Positions 12,350 to 25,558 of a stretch of 64,000 bases of DNA are shown piece after piece; position 1 is the stretch's first letter; each line of letters starts with the position of its first letter. This stretch comes from Laetmonice hystrix (taxonomy: Eukaryota). Location of the stretch: the NCBI GenBank assembly GCA_965235115.1, contig OZ249449.1, positions 13,392,001-13,456,000 on the forward strand. The letters run 5' to 3'. A model generated the notes under the pieces. The model did not search any database, was not told where the DNA came from, and saw only the letters and a program-made list of their open reading frames with translations. A program made the translations under genes and the position numbers.

Positions 12350-15300
12350 AGTTGCCAAGTGAACAATAATGTCTGTGGGACATTTGGAAGTCAGTGTCAG
12401 TCGGACGGCGTCTGACAGGAATGGGTCTCCACAAGCGATGTCTTCCCGTCACTCAAGTCCTGTGAGCGACAAGGGTTATTGGCAGGCAATTGGATTACTG
12501 GCCAATCAGCGAACAGCTGAAGGTCACGTGTGAGTTATAGGACGTCGAGAGTAGATTGCAACCAATGGGAGGGGAGACAGGCAAATGTAGGATCGATTCT
12601 TGAGTGGGCCCGACACATTAGGAGGGATGTCAATGTGATTTTTAACGCCAAATGAACAGGAACCGATTTGACTTTCCAGAGAATCGTCCCCACAAACAGT
12701 GTGGATGACCTTCTCTGATTCTGGATGAAATGTTGAAAATAGTTATTTGTAGGGAGTGAGTTAATATCTGTTGTTCATTATACGGATTTTGTTTAGTAAA
12801 ATTGACGTAGAGTTTTTTTTAGGAATCTTTCAGCCTTCTGTCGATGCCAGACGTCTAGACTGCTAAATGTGTGCGCTCTTTCAGGAGTTGATAACAATTT
12901 GGTACATTTAGACGTTGTGACAACCTTGACATGAGCTGTCAAATAATAAAACAATTATTTCGTCTTGCGTAGTTTGTCGCATAGGAGCTACCTCAGTATA
13001 AACGGTCACAAAATGTCAAGACTTTTGTAAATTTGCTAAATGGCGTGTGAAGTATACTGAACTGAATGAAGAATCACCTAAGGACCCTAGCTAGAGGGCA
13101 CAGAGATTACTCAAGATGGGAGTTAAGAGGTTACTCTGATGCCCTCATAGGATTACATAGAAATTTTCCCACGCTGAAAGGATTCACAAGCAGGACAAAA
13201 TGACACTTTTTTGTGATTTCTGATGTTTCCGTAGGAGCCGATTCTGGCAAGCAGGAAAACAAAATTACCCAGCGAAGAAAACATACTACTGCGGAAAACT
13301 TGCTACGAACACTGGTTGCTTGGCAACGGGTGCTTGGAAACACTTTTGTAATGTAATTACGAACATCGACTAGCACTGTGATTGGACTTAATTTATATTA
13401 ATAGGTTGTCGGTTTTCCTTGTCGTACAAGTATTTGCAACGCATGATCCTATTAAGCAAAGTGTTAGGAAAATGGCAGCGGTGAAGAATCGAACTATCTG
13501 CACTTTTCATTCTCCGTAATTGCGAAAAGTATGTGGAAGAGAAAAGAACCACGAAAACTTTAATCTGTAAGTCGTATACTATGTGAATTTCGTCCTCGAG
13601 AGGGATTTGAGTTATACCTGTTGATATAGTCCTTGCGACGGCCATGCGATTTCGACATCAACTTTTTATTTTACTGTGATTTTGAGATTAAAGGATGGAA
13701 CCCATTTCCAGAAACAGAGAAGGCCAGCCAGGAAAAAATATAGAAGGGAATTCCACCATTAAATCAAAAATCGCATGGCCATCGCAAGGACAGTCGCCGG
13801 ACATGGCAACCCAAACATACAGCTAGTACAAACGTTAACACTGAGTTTTCGCCATGAATATTCGCAAATATGAGACAACATTTCTGAATTTTGGAATGTA
13901 AACAAGGAAATAAACAAACGAAAGAGTGGGGAGAGTGTGTTTGTAAATTATGCAACAATGTGGACTGAAACGGTAAGGGTTAGTTTAGACTTTGTGCAGT
14001 GGTGGTAGTGGTGGTGGTGGTGGGGGGGGGGGGGAGATTCGGGCGCAAACATGGGTTGTCGGTGTAGTTCGCTAGATTTATGTCGTATTCGATATCTATA
14101 GACATACAGCACCGAATTAAGTCGTGTTTGAGATGTGTGGCCATAAAGTGCGACACGACTCCGAGCGTTGACGGGTTGTTGGAAGTATCAGTATAGGGTC
14201 TTGACCAACCTGGTCATGTTGGCGTCGATTGATGGTAGGCTGAGGGAAGCAAGGATATTGTTTGTGATAACGCCACGCCACTTGTGGCCTGGAAACATCC
14301 ATTAAAAGAGGTGGTTGGGTGGATGGGATGTTTATGTGTTTCGGTAGGGGAGACGGGTTTAATCCAAGGGTTTAGGAGAAGGGTGGAAGTCATCAGTAGT
14401 TGGGGAACGCTGGGTCGACCTTGACACCTTCAGGATTATGGGGGCGGTGGTTGTGGTAGCGTTGGCGGCGAATTGGGTAGGGGGGATGAGAACAAGAGGG
14501 GAGGGGGGGGGGCAAATGTCCGGGCAGGATTTTGCTATCAGGTGTTATGCATAGCTATTGGTCAAGTGGTGTGGGTTTCAGAACTACAGGGACTGCAGCG
14601 CTGCGAAGACATGGGAACAAATTGGGAACGCGAACACTGTCGAAGATAACTTGACTCGTGGGCGACGGGCCGACGGGCAGTGGGTTGAACGATGACGGGT
14701 GTTAGGAAGACAGAGAAAGCGGTGTCATCGTCATCGATAATTGCTGTCACGTCATGGAGATCAAGGCGTTCTGACGTGAAGAGTTAGGTGACCGGAGTGA
14801 AGTCACGCGCTGTCTCGTTGTCCGCGTGGATTGTCGGTGGTTCCGTCACGGATACGTACAGCAGCGCCGTCTATGGACGGGTGGAGATTTCATCCCAATC
14901 GGTGCCGAGGACGTGGAGGTCAGAGTGGGGGATGGAGATAAGAGTCCAGCAGGGTCAGACGCGACGGGAAACAAACGTGTGGCCACTCTCCAGAGCGGAG
15001 AAATTCCTGGGATGGTACTCTGTGTAATGGGGTAAGACGTATCCCGCTCTCCGCAGCAAAGAACGTTCACTTATCAGCAAAGAGTGTCTGGTAAACACTT
15101 AATCTTAGCAGGTGTGACGTCATCCGCCCCTGGCGCCTTTTGAATGATGTCATAAAGGACCTGTACACGGTTTCCATGGCGACCGTTCCTGAGCGAGATC
15201 ATTCGAATGTGATTGACGTGAATTATTATTTTCTACTATTTGATATGCAAGGTCCAACAACTAAAACGATGACATAGGACAAATATACCGTGTGTCGAGA

Positions 15301-15865
15301 AGGCATCTGAAACATCAGAACCCCATCATGTCCTACGATACAATCAGCCACTGAGCTCTTGATAATTTGCAAAGTTGGAGTCAGGGGACCAGAGAACCCC
15401 CAGTTTGCCCTTATTTACCCCCCCCCCCCCCCGCCAGGGTCACCTTCACCTGACATTTCCACTCTGGGAGGCAGGAAGTAGTTACCCGGATGGAGAATGA
15501 CGTCGTTTCCCATGGCAACCGTCCTCGTCATTTCTCACTTCCTGTACTTGGCTGATACCCTAACCGATAGTAAGTAATACGCATTTTATTAAAGTAATTT
15601 TGTATCAAGTACGTAATATCATAATGGTGCATTAAAGGACGAGGAGTTCAGTTGGAGGAGTTGAGTATTGCAGAATCTTTCCCGTACAGGAGTTCCTTTA
15701 CGGACAATAAGACGGTAGTAGAAAAAGACAGCTGTAAAAATGTACTATTCCGCTCCAAGTGGTCGTCAGCCCTGCCCAGTTTGACCAAAACATGGTAACA
15801 TCCCCACGAATGTAATGATGCAGTTAACAGAGTTTTAGTTCCAACCACAGGATCCCGTGTAAATG

Positions 15866-15915
15866 CAATCTAATTAAAATAAGCGGAATACCAAGATCTA
15901 ATTTTAATTAGATTG
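15866..15915. mobile_element. 50 bp minimal copy of the MULE-like MITE family also found at 61459-61731
   Basis: Left end CAATCTAATTAAAAT; right end AAGATCTAATTTTAATTAGATTG (15893-15915), identical to the right TIR at 61709-61731. Flanks GTGTAAATG and GTGTCAATG form a 9 bp TSD with 1 mismatch. Confidence 0.8.
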
Positions 15916-16176
15916 GTGTCAATGTTACCCTGGGTGCTCGACAAGAAGGTCGGCTCCCATCGTTGTGTCCGAAGCGTGGTGATTAAGACTGCACCTCTTC
16001 AACTCACCTGACCAATCCTCATTAGCATGTCAGCGTCGACCACACCCCCCCCCCCTCCCCCCCCCTGCCCCGACCACTGACAGATGACGGTAATGACCAG
16101 TAATGTCGCCTGAAATGAGATACCTTTATTGGCGCACCTGAGCCTCGTTTTGATATTATGTTAGCCGAGCAGCTCA

Positions 16177-16192
16177 CAGCGCCACCTAGTGT
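16177..16192 (-). promoter_or_regulatory. CTCF-like motif
   Basis: Reverse complement ACACTAGGTGGCGCTG matches the CTCF core CCASYAGRKGGCRS closely. Confidence 0.45.
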
Positions 16193-18062
16193 CTGTAAAT
16201 AGATCCAGTGTTGTCCTCGTCGTAATGGCGTGCGCTGTGTTCCTTGGAAACGATCAAAATAAAACACATGATCCATCATGGTAAAGTCCTCACATTAAAA
16301 ATATCCATATTAAATAGAATATCTACAACATAGTAAATACAGACACACATGAGATATATCGGTATTTATAAAAGATATTACAAAAATGATATCTTTCTTT
16401 TTTAAATCGTTACATTGAACTATCGATTTGAAATCCGTCTCTAAATCTAATTTTCGAGCACATATCCTTCAGGGGAGGGGGGATATATCACCACACTTAA
16501 ATTGTGTTGGTGGGGGGGGGGGCACTTCAGTAATTGTCTGGGAGGCAGCCATTCGCTGCACCAAACTCAAAGAGTGCGTGTAGTCGCCCACTATAGAGGA
16601 AAGTTTGCATTCAATAACCGAGTTTTGGCTCTCTGACTGGAAAAGTTGCTGATAAAATAACACGAGCTCATGTCTCCAATTAGACGGATCTAACGGGAGC
16701 TGTGCGATCAGTCTAATTTAGACCAGTTAGCATGACTTGACGGGACGTCTTGAGAGCCTAATCTTGTCCTCCAGTAAGTAGCCTGTCTATTAATTCAAAA
16801 TGACCAATCGGCGACGGGCACACTTACCTTGTTTCCGGAACTACGTAATTACGATGGCAACGAACCAATCGGAGGGCCGCTTAATCTCACCGATTGCAGC
16901 GCACCCTGGTGGACGATTAGGACAACACGGAGGGCTTGATGCTGTTGCGTCCTCAGTGCTGGTATTGAAGCCATTGTTCGTTGTCGTGTATGGGAATGAA
17001 TAAAAGATGTAGGTAGGGGGTGGTGGGCATCAAGGCTATCTGCACGCAGCGACGTCAATCTGATGAACATGCAAGGAAGAGTGCAAATTACATGAATAGA
17101 TTGTGACGTCACGAACGGGGGGGGGGGGTGTGTGTATGGATTGGGAGGGTGGATGTTGTTGGTTTTGTACGACCGATTTTTTAATTTTTTTTTGTTGGTC
17201 GCGTCTCGGATGTGGAATCGCGGGTAATCTTCTCTAATGGGTACAGGTATGAATACTGAACTTTCTGTAAAGGGTGAAATGTACACGTACGTCGTTTACG
17301 AAAAAAGTCGCAAAATTGACGCCTTGGATAATCACTACCGTATTAGAAAGGAGAAAACAGGGACAGCACAGACATTAAGATTCGAACGTTTTACGGCACC
17401 AACCGCAGTTATTTTGTGTATTTCGTAAAGAAATATTAAAAAGTATCATGGTATTATGGCTGGGTATTTCGAACCGTTTTTGGCATGAGTCACTTAACAT
17501 AATCCGATTCACAGATTTAATTGTTTTGATATGAGGCGAGTTTAGTAGGATTTTCAGGGTGGAGAAATAAGCAGATCATAGTTTTACTCACCTTACTTTT
17601 ATACATCAGTTGATTAGTTTGAAGACAGCTGGCTCGATCTGTTAATGCGTACAGGCCAAGCGATCACACGAACTGCAGCTGCCGTAACCTCGCCTGAAGA
17701 TCTGAGTGCAGTTCCTCAGTTCCCGACAATGCATGCATTAGTCGACACTAGCACTGATTGATGGGTTGTGAAGACAATGCATTCCGCCAGCCTGCTGAGT
17801 TAGCAGGATATTTATAGCTTAATAATATACTCGCGTGTTTTTTGCCACAATTAGCAAGAAGGAGCATTGATAATCAAATATTAACATTGATATTATAAAG
17901 CAAGAAGAATGACAAGTTGAGATCAATTTATCAGGATGTCGTTGGTGAGTAGACAGGAGCCTGCATTAATTTGATCTTGTCGTATTGCCGCCATGTCTTT
18001 CTGTGAGGGAAGACGGTGTCTGGGTGTCACCAATAACAGTCAGCCAAGTATTCAAGCTAGAT

Positions 18063-19738
18063 GTCGCTGATACCATGAAAACTCTCACTGGCATTTGGTG
18101 AAACACTAACTCGCTGGTCGCTGATACCATGAAAACTCTCACTGGCATTTGGTGAAACACTAACTCGCTGGTCGCTGATACCATGAAAACTCTCACTGGC
18201 ATTTGGTGAAACACTAACTCGCTGTATGGTCGCTGATACCATGAAAACTCTCACTGGCATTTGGTTAAACACTAACTCGCTGGTCGCTGATACCATGAAA
18301 ACTCTCACTGGCATTTGGTGAAACACTAACTCGCTGGTCGCTGATACCATGAAAACTCTCACTGGCATTTGGTGAAACACTAACTCGCTGTATGGTCGCT
18401 GATAGCATGAAAACTCTCACTGGCATTTGGTGAAACACTAACTCGCTGTATGGTCGCTGATACCATGAAAACTCTCACTGGCATTTGGTGAAACACTAAC
18501 TCGCTGTATGGTCGCTGATACCATGAAAACTCTCACTGGCATTTGGTGAAACACTAACTCGCTGGTCGCTGATACCATGAAAACTCTCACTGGCATTTGG
18601 TGAAACACTAACTCGCTGGTCGCTGATACCATGAAAACTCCCACTGGCATTTGGTGAAACACTAACTCGCTGTATGGTCGCTGATGCCATGAAAACTCTC
18701 ACTGGCATTTGGTGAAACACTAACTCGCTTGTCGCTGATACCATGAAAACTCTCACTGGCATTTGGTGAAACACTAACTCGCTGTATGGTCGCTGATACC
18801 ATGAAAACTCTCACTGGCATTTGGTGAAACACTAACTCGCTGGTCGCTGATACCATGAAAACTCCCACTGGCATTTGGTGAAACACTAACTCGCTGTATG
18901 GTCGCTGATGCCATGAAAACTCTCACTGGCATTTGGTGAAACACTAACTCGCTGGTCGCTGATACCATGAAAACTCTCACTGGCATTTGGTGAAACACTA
19001 ACTCGCTGTATGGTCGCTGATACCATGAAAACTCTCACTGGCATTTGGTGAAACACTAACTCGCTGGTCGCTGATACCATGAAAACTCTCACTGGCATTT
19101 GGTGAAACACTAACTCGCTGGTCGCTGATACCATGAAAACTCTCACTGGCATTTGGTGAAACACTAACTCGCTGGTCGCTGATACCATGAAAACTCTCAC
19201 TGGCATTTGGTGAAACACTAACTCGCTGTATGGTCGCTGATACCATGAAAACTCTCACTGGCATTTGGTGAAACACTAACTCGCTGTATGGTCGCTGATA
19301 CCATGAAAACTCTCACTGGCATTTGGTGAAACACTAACTCGCTGGTCGCTGATACCATGAAAACTCTCACTGGCATTTGGTGAAACACTAACTCGCTGTA
19401 TGGTCGCTGATACCATGAAAACTCTCACTGGCATTTGGTGAAACACTAACTCGCTGGTCGCTGATACCATGAAAACTCTCACTGGCATTTGGTGAAACAC
19501 TAACTCGCTGGTCGCTGATACCATGAAAACTCTCACTGGCATTTGGTGAAACACTAACTCGCTGTATGGTCGCTGATAGCATGAAAACTCTCACTGGCAT
19601 TTGGTGAAACACTAACTCGCTGTATGGTCGCTGATACCATGAAAACTCTCACTGGCATTTGGTGAAACACTAACTCGCTGGTCGCTGATACCATGAAAAC
19701 CCTCACTGGCATTTGGTGAAACACTAACTCGCTGTATG
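18063..19738. repeat. Minisatellite of 30 units in two length variants (16 x 54 bp and 14 x 58 bp)
   Basis: Unit GTCGCTGATACCATGAAAACTCTCACTGGCATTTGGTGAAACACTAACTCGCTG, with or without a terminal TATG. 16x54 + 14x58 = 1676 bp, which matches the span. Confidence 0.97.
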
Positions 19739-21541
19739 TTGTCGCCATTGACACCTTCGCTTTCGTGAAAAGACCCTGTGAACGAACGCCACGGGCGACC
19801 ATTGATAGGGGGTGGGGTGGGAGGGGCAAGAAGGTTTTTAGCTTGTCATTTTGAAAGCTGACCAGTTCATCAGGTATAATGTTCCTCTCGTCTTTTGATT
19901 CAGAAGAAGTAAAAAAATAAAATAATTCCGTCACTGCAGTGAACCTAAGTTGTTTTTTTTTTTTTAAAGAAACGGTTAATCTGAATATACTGCTTGTCTT
20001 TTCCCATTCGATAAAATAGAGCATGACTTTGCTAATCGTGCCGCTGTCCTACCGGTAAAGAGACTGTCGATCAATTGCCTCAGAAAAGGATCTCTGTACA
20101 ACTAAATTAAAGCTTAATTATTCCAGTGCAAGTGCCGCAAAAATGATTATATTCTTTTACCTGATAGGAGATGACATTTTATTTTGATTGATGAGATCCG
20201 ATGTATGCGTTGCGTGAGTGATATGTAGGGAGTTGAATTATCTTAGCGTTGCTTTGTGATCTTAGAAAGCGCGTTCTGATATCTTTTTTCAGTTCCTCAT
20301 TGAACGCAATTGTGCTTCAGTCGTTTGATCCATTGAAGAGAGTATCCTCAGTGAGAAGTGGTTGTCATTACCGATAAATTAAATCATATAATCTTTGTTA
20401 AAAAGTGTCAACCTTAGAAGTGTGAATATGAAGACTGTGATACTGTCAGAATATAGTTTAAAAATATAAGGGGGGAACGAGAGAGAGAAAAAAACATAGA
20501 TCATTATCAGAACGAACGGTTGTGAACTCTGTATCAATTTTGATGATTGCGAAATTCAATTTCGTAACGTGTACACGTTTCTTGAGTACTATTGACAATT
20601 GCTTCACAAATCCTTTGCTGGCATAGGTTCTTTGTAAGACTTTTCTTTCTCAAACCCGCACGATTAGAATTGGCGACGAGAAATCTGCGAAGTTCATTAT
20701 TTCACAAAGACGGCGACAGCGCATCTCAGGAATGTTAAAAAACCTCAAAGTTCCCACGTCAAGTATTTATATGATTAGTCCATAGTTTTATGTCATTAGG
20801 CCATTTTGCTGTTTCTTCTTGTTATTTCAAACGAAACTGAAGAGCAAGTCTCTTATTTCAAAATTTGTTGCAATTAAAAGTAAGAATTGTGGGGGGGGGG
20901 GGTGCGATTGAGTCAGGTGAACGGGTGTGTTGAGTGATGAAGACTCGACGTCTTCATGTAAGATTAAAGCGACATGTTGACTAATTGCATTGTTGCCTGA
21001 ATCGGTGGCGTGCTAGGGAAGCCCAGAGTTATGCGTGAACGTTGTCGTAATGCTTGCCTTTGTGAGCCAAGCATTTCCGCATGCATGTGATTTAGGCCTT
21101 GTAGGAGGCCGCTTGAATTACCTGTGATCTGCTGAGCTTTCTGTGTAAACGTCTGCTGTGTAGACAACGCGGAGACGCCGTGACGTAAGGGCCCGAACTC
21201 TGTATATCTAATTTGGTTTGCCGGAGTTGCAATGTGCTTAACGTCGCGTGTGTCTAGGTCTGGTGTTAGCTGACAACACCGGAGGCTACTCTTTCTTGGG
21301 GCAGACTATAAATGAAAGTATGCATAAACTAGATTACCAACTAGTCTATAGACTACATAAACTGTTAATTGTTTAATTGTGTCCATTCAGATGACAGTAT
21401 AGATGTTTTGGAGAACATCTCTGTAGATTCTCCCCTTTAACAGATTGGGACTTACCAAATATGCTCTAGACATGGGGCGATAAAGCCTGACATATGTTGT
21501 ACCGTCAGCTCATGCCTGCGTTATCCTCCCATGACCTGGAT

Positions 21542-21589
21542 CCTGACGCCTGGTGCCTGGCGCCTGGCGCCTGGCGCCTGACGCCTGAC
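21542..21589. repeat. 7 bp tandem repeat (CCTGGCG-like) x about 7
   Basis: CCTGACG CCTGGTG CCTGGCG CCTGGCG CCTGGCG CCTGACG CCTGAC. Confidence 0.9.
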
Positions 21590-22111
21590 TGTCAGATAGA
21601 TGTTTAGGATCGTTATCTATAATACGACAGGTAATTCACACAACGACATGGGATGATGTGGCTTGTCTTACTCGGCGCCCTGTTGACAAGTGGCACCCAC
21701 TGCATGGATCAACTTCAAACAGATTCAAAACATTATACAATCTTTGAGGATGGGCTGGAGGGATGGTAGGGGGGGGGGGGTGGATGGAGGTAATCTGGTG
21801 CTTGAGCAGTGACATCCATTGCTAAGATCAACGAGACATACTCATGAAACTGATTCTGTTTCAAAGCGATTCAGTTTCAAAATTCGCAAGAGCTCGCTCG
21901 GGACTTGACGGGCTTTGATATTTTCGCCCTATACTTAAATCCTGGCTAAAACACTAATGAGAAAACGAGAAGTGAGGGGCGTTAACATTCATTTATTGTC
22001 TTACAAAGAGAACAACATCAAAGAGAAGCTTTTAAACAGTTTCTTTACTGTAGCCTATCCATTCTAGAGTCCTCACCTTGAGCAGAGCGACAGTACTGAG
22101 AGTATGTGAAG

Positions 22112-22250
22112 NNNNNNNNNNNNNNNNNNNNNNNNNNNNNNNNNNNNNNNNNNNNNNNNNNNNNNNNNNNNNNNNNNNNNNNNNNNNNNNNNNNNNNNNN
22201 NNNNNNNNNNNNNNNNNNNNNNNNNNNNNNNNNNNNNNNNNNNNNNNNNN
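22112..22250. other. Assembly gap (139 N)
   Basis: Run of N. Confidence 1.
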
Positions 22251-24307
22251 ATTGGCACTTTACCTAGCTTTAAGACACAAGGGGTTAACACTCTGAGATT
22301 TACTTTCCCGAATGTTAAAAGAGAAGAAGGGTTAATAGATCGAAGCCAGTTTTATAACCAATAGTCAAGATAGTATTAGAAAACAATCGAATCTACGTCA
22401 ACTGACTCAGAACAGTTGCCTTTATTGATGCCATGACACATCAAAATATATGGCAAGAATTTTCGTGATGCAAGCTCACTTGTGCAATGTCCAGTTGGTG
22501 CATTTCGTTGCTTAGCCTCTCATCCAACTACCCAATTAGATCATTTTATATGTTTGCAGAATTGCTGTCGGGATATTTGATAAGCCTTAAATCTTCATTA
22601 TGTTGTTGATAGCTTAGCCATAGGTCGCTCGGCTCCACTATGATGCTGACCTATCCGAGCTATGCTGACCTTCACTGTCTGAACCCCAGTTAACGAAGGT
22701 CATACTTTGAAGGCAGTGTTGGTTTTCACTTGTTTCTTTGCCAACAGACATATTTTATCGGGCCAGGAGACTGGTTGCCATGGCGACAAAGTCTAAGACG
22801 GAAAGTGGCCCTTTGCGAAGTGTGCGTCATTTGGAGTTGTGTGCGGGACAGTCTGACGTTCCACGGATTGGTTGGCTGATATCACGTGACATGCTGATCG
22901 ATCACACAGGGGGACGCTCATATCAATGATCAGAACGACGGTGCCGCTTACATCAATCACAAATATGAAAATTGGGGAACAATGTCGTGCTCATGAGATG
23001 GATCTCTCGACAAACTTAATGACCGCGATCAATATTTACAGGAATACAATCGTGTATATATATTATATATGGAAGCTTCACGCAGTTTTCTTCATCATTC
23101 ATTCTTCCTGTTCAGAAACCTTGGGAGGTTTGTTTTCAATATCCGTGGTTCTATTGGTAGTATATGAATATGAATTTTAGACTGTAACGTAATATTAAAG
23201 TCTAATATGGAGAGGGCGGAAGAGCGTTTCTCAAACGTCCATTTATGATAATGTGATCATTTGGTTTCTAATTTGTCTGTAATGGTACCATCCCAAGGTG
23301 TTTTAGCGGTACCAGCTAAGATTATATCAATATTGCAAGCACCAAAGCTAACCCTAAATATCTGTAATCCTATCCTTAACAGTGTCGTCAATGTCATGGA
23401 AAATGTTATTACGGAGGAAGAACCGAAAAATGTAATCTAAATCCAAACCCTTGGTCTTTTCTACAAATGAGTTGGAACAGACCTCAGAAATGCCCTGCTT
23501 GTTTCTAACTCCTGTTTGAATTCCTGACTTTCACTTCAGTTTCCTGTTGAATGATCTTCCATTTACTAAAACGTATGGATTAGAGGAAATGCTCTGGCAC
23601 AGATAACGAGTCATGTGACTGATAACACTGTCACGTGACATGTTGATAAGGAAAAGTCAGCGAAGCGTGATCTTACCACAAACACATCATCAGGAATTTG
23701 TCATGTTTTGACAAGTTGTCTTCGATGTCTTGGTGTGTTTTTCTTCAGTAAACGTCGGCTAGCAATCACAAAGTTTCCACTGGAACTGATCTTGGATACT
23801 CCCTGTAGGCATCTTTTATTGTTGTCCCTAAATAAAGGAATCTAATAAAGGGAGAGCTGTCTCTAGTAAGTGCTGCTTCTGACGAAATTATTCTTGTATT
23901 CGGGTGGAAAATTGACTCGGAAGATCCGCTGCCAGACACGGGTTGCAAACTGCGTTTATTGTGAAGTGTAGTAAAGTTTCATCAGTTGATATACTAGAAT
24001 TCTGCAGTTGAAAAGATTAAAGCTAAGGACCCATTAAGGGATTGGAAATATATAGGGGGGGTGTTTTAGAAATCAGTGTATAGCCACCTGGTAATTATGA
24101 GTGAATGTTGTGTTTTAGGTAAGGGATGGATTATTTTTTATAGAGATATCTCGATTGGTAAGACCGGACCACCTGCCACAGATCTCAGTAGGTAGCTTTA
24201 AACCAGTACCGAGGGTTTCTCCCAGATCTAATCGAATTATCCATGCCGAATGGATTGAAGCAAATCACGTATGTGGGAGGTAATAAAGGCAAGCTTACAT
24301 CAAGGAC

Positions 24308-24336
24308 GTTACCTTAGCAACAGTTACCATGGCAAC
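24308..24336. promoter_or_regulatory. Tandem pair of RFX X-box motifs
   Basis: GTTACCTTAGCAAC (24308-24321) and GTTACCATGGCAAC (24323-24336), 1 bp apart and about 0.8 kb upstream of the Ig2 exon. Confidence 0.55.
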
Positions 24337-24847
24337 AGAATTGGCAGAGAGAACACCTACCCATACTACACTTAGCCTATCAATGAACTCATGGAGACAC
24401 GGAAGATGTAGTAATAGGAATTCATAGAAAAGTCTACAAGAAATAACGAGAGAGGGGGAGGGGGAGGGGCGGGCGACCTCTTTGACTAGGGACCTCGTTA
24501 TGGTTGGGAGGTAAGGCAGCCAGGATAATGACGTTGTCGGGCGCACATTGGGGAGGTCATCCAGGTACAGACAGTCAAAGTGCCATTGTCTGCCCTGGCA
24601 TGGAGAAGACTTGGGCTGATCGTCAACACGACTTTGCTCTTAGTTTCAACAAAAATGATTCATTCCAGGTACCGTGAATTACAAGGAAGCTCACATGTCG
24701 TTAGTCTGCACGTTAAATCCCATCACAGATTATGATACTGTGAATTACGGATAATTGATCTTGCCTACATTCTTAAGAAACTGAAATACATCATGTAATA
24801 AAATAAACGCCAATTTAGATCGGTAAAATCGGTATATATTTATTTAT

Positions 24848-24880
24848 TTGGTGATTGAAGGTGAGCGATAATGGGGGTTT
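24848..24880 (+). repeat. Exact 33 bp copy of the Ig2 exon 3' end plus splice donor (copy of 25413-25445)
   Basis: TTGGTGATTGAAGGTGAGCGATAATGGGGGTTT occurs at both 24848-24880 and 25413-25445; the flanks diverge on both sides. Confidence 0.9.
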
Positions 24881-25155
24881 CTAAAAGAAATACTATTTAG
24901 AAGTCAGTTCTATGAACGGTTGTAGTGGATGCTAATTTTAGCATGAATGCTTGTTTGAGTTCGTACTGATACTGCTATAAATAGCATAGAAAGACCCCAT
25001 GTCCCGAGGATCAGGAGTTTTGCCCCATGGTAAGCCCAGGTACACCTTTAAAAATATCCCGGTTTCGCCACTCATTCGAGATTTGAGCTGCTGACACGTG
25101 TACGTTTTTAGTTTGAAATCAGTGACTATATTCTGTGTTTTATTTTTATTTTCAG

Positions 25156-25425
25156 CGCCGCCAGTGCTGGGTGAGGTGTCCCCAAGCTTTCTGATTCAAA
25201 AGGTGGGCGACACGATAGACATGTACTGTGAAGCCTCCGCGACGCCCGAACCCACGCTCACGTGGTACAAGGATGGAAAAGTTCTAGAAGCTTCCAGCCG
25301 CGTTACCATTAGCAACAACCGTGTGCAAGTACGCAACCTTGAACGACTCGACGGCGGCGTCTACACTTGTACTTTTAAAAACGTCGTAGGTCAAGTTTCA
25401 CACATCATCAAATTGGTGATTGAAG
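25156..25425 (+). CDS. IGSF9: Internal coding exon (270 nt, phase 1/1) encoding an I-set Ig domain, probably Ig2 of a turtle/IGSF9-family adhesion protein
   Basis: Acceptor TTTTATTTTCAG ends at 25155; donor GTGAGC starts at 25426. Translation (x)PPVLGEVSPSFLIQKVGDTIDMYCEASATPEPTLTWYKDGKVLEASSRVTISNNRVQVRNLERLDGGVYTCTFKNVVGQVSHIIKLVIEG has the canonical C..W..DxGxYxC I-set pattern. It joins in frame to the exon at 42749. The family call comes from remembered similarity, mainly of the next exon. Confidence 0.9.
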
Positions 25426-25518
25426 GTGAGCGATAATGGGGGTTTGTTTTGGTTTCCGGCCAGTTCAAAATGATGGCACCTTTAATATTGTTCTCCTTTA
25501 TGATGTTTTATTTTTCAG

Positions 25519-25558
25519 GTGAATGTATATCATGTTACATATCTTAAACTCACCATAT
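25519..25558 (+). other. Candidate 40 nt cassette or terminal exon with an in-frame stop
   Basis: Preceded by TTTAAT and then GTTTTATTTTTCAG (AG at 25517-25518); followed by GTAAGT (25559-25564). Spliced to the Ig2 exon it reads G-E-C-I-S-C-Y-I-S-stop (TAA 25545-25547). Confidence 0.35.

Noticed and set aside
18063-19738. CRISPR-like array
   Set aside because: The units are contiguous and near-identical with no unique spacers; the only length variation is a 4 bp TATG. The context is eukaryotic with no cas genes.
17966-20024. Many overlapping minus-strand ORFs (MFHQMPVRVFMVSATSELV...)
   Set aside because: They are translations of the minisatellite, with frames broken by the 58 bp units; there is no domain signature.
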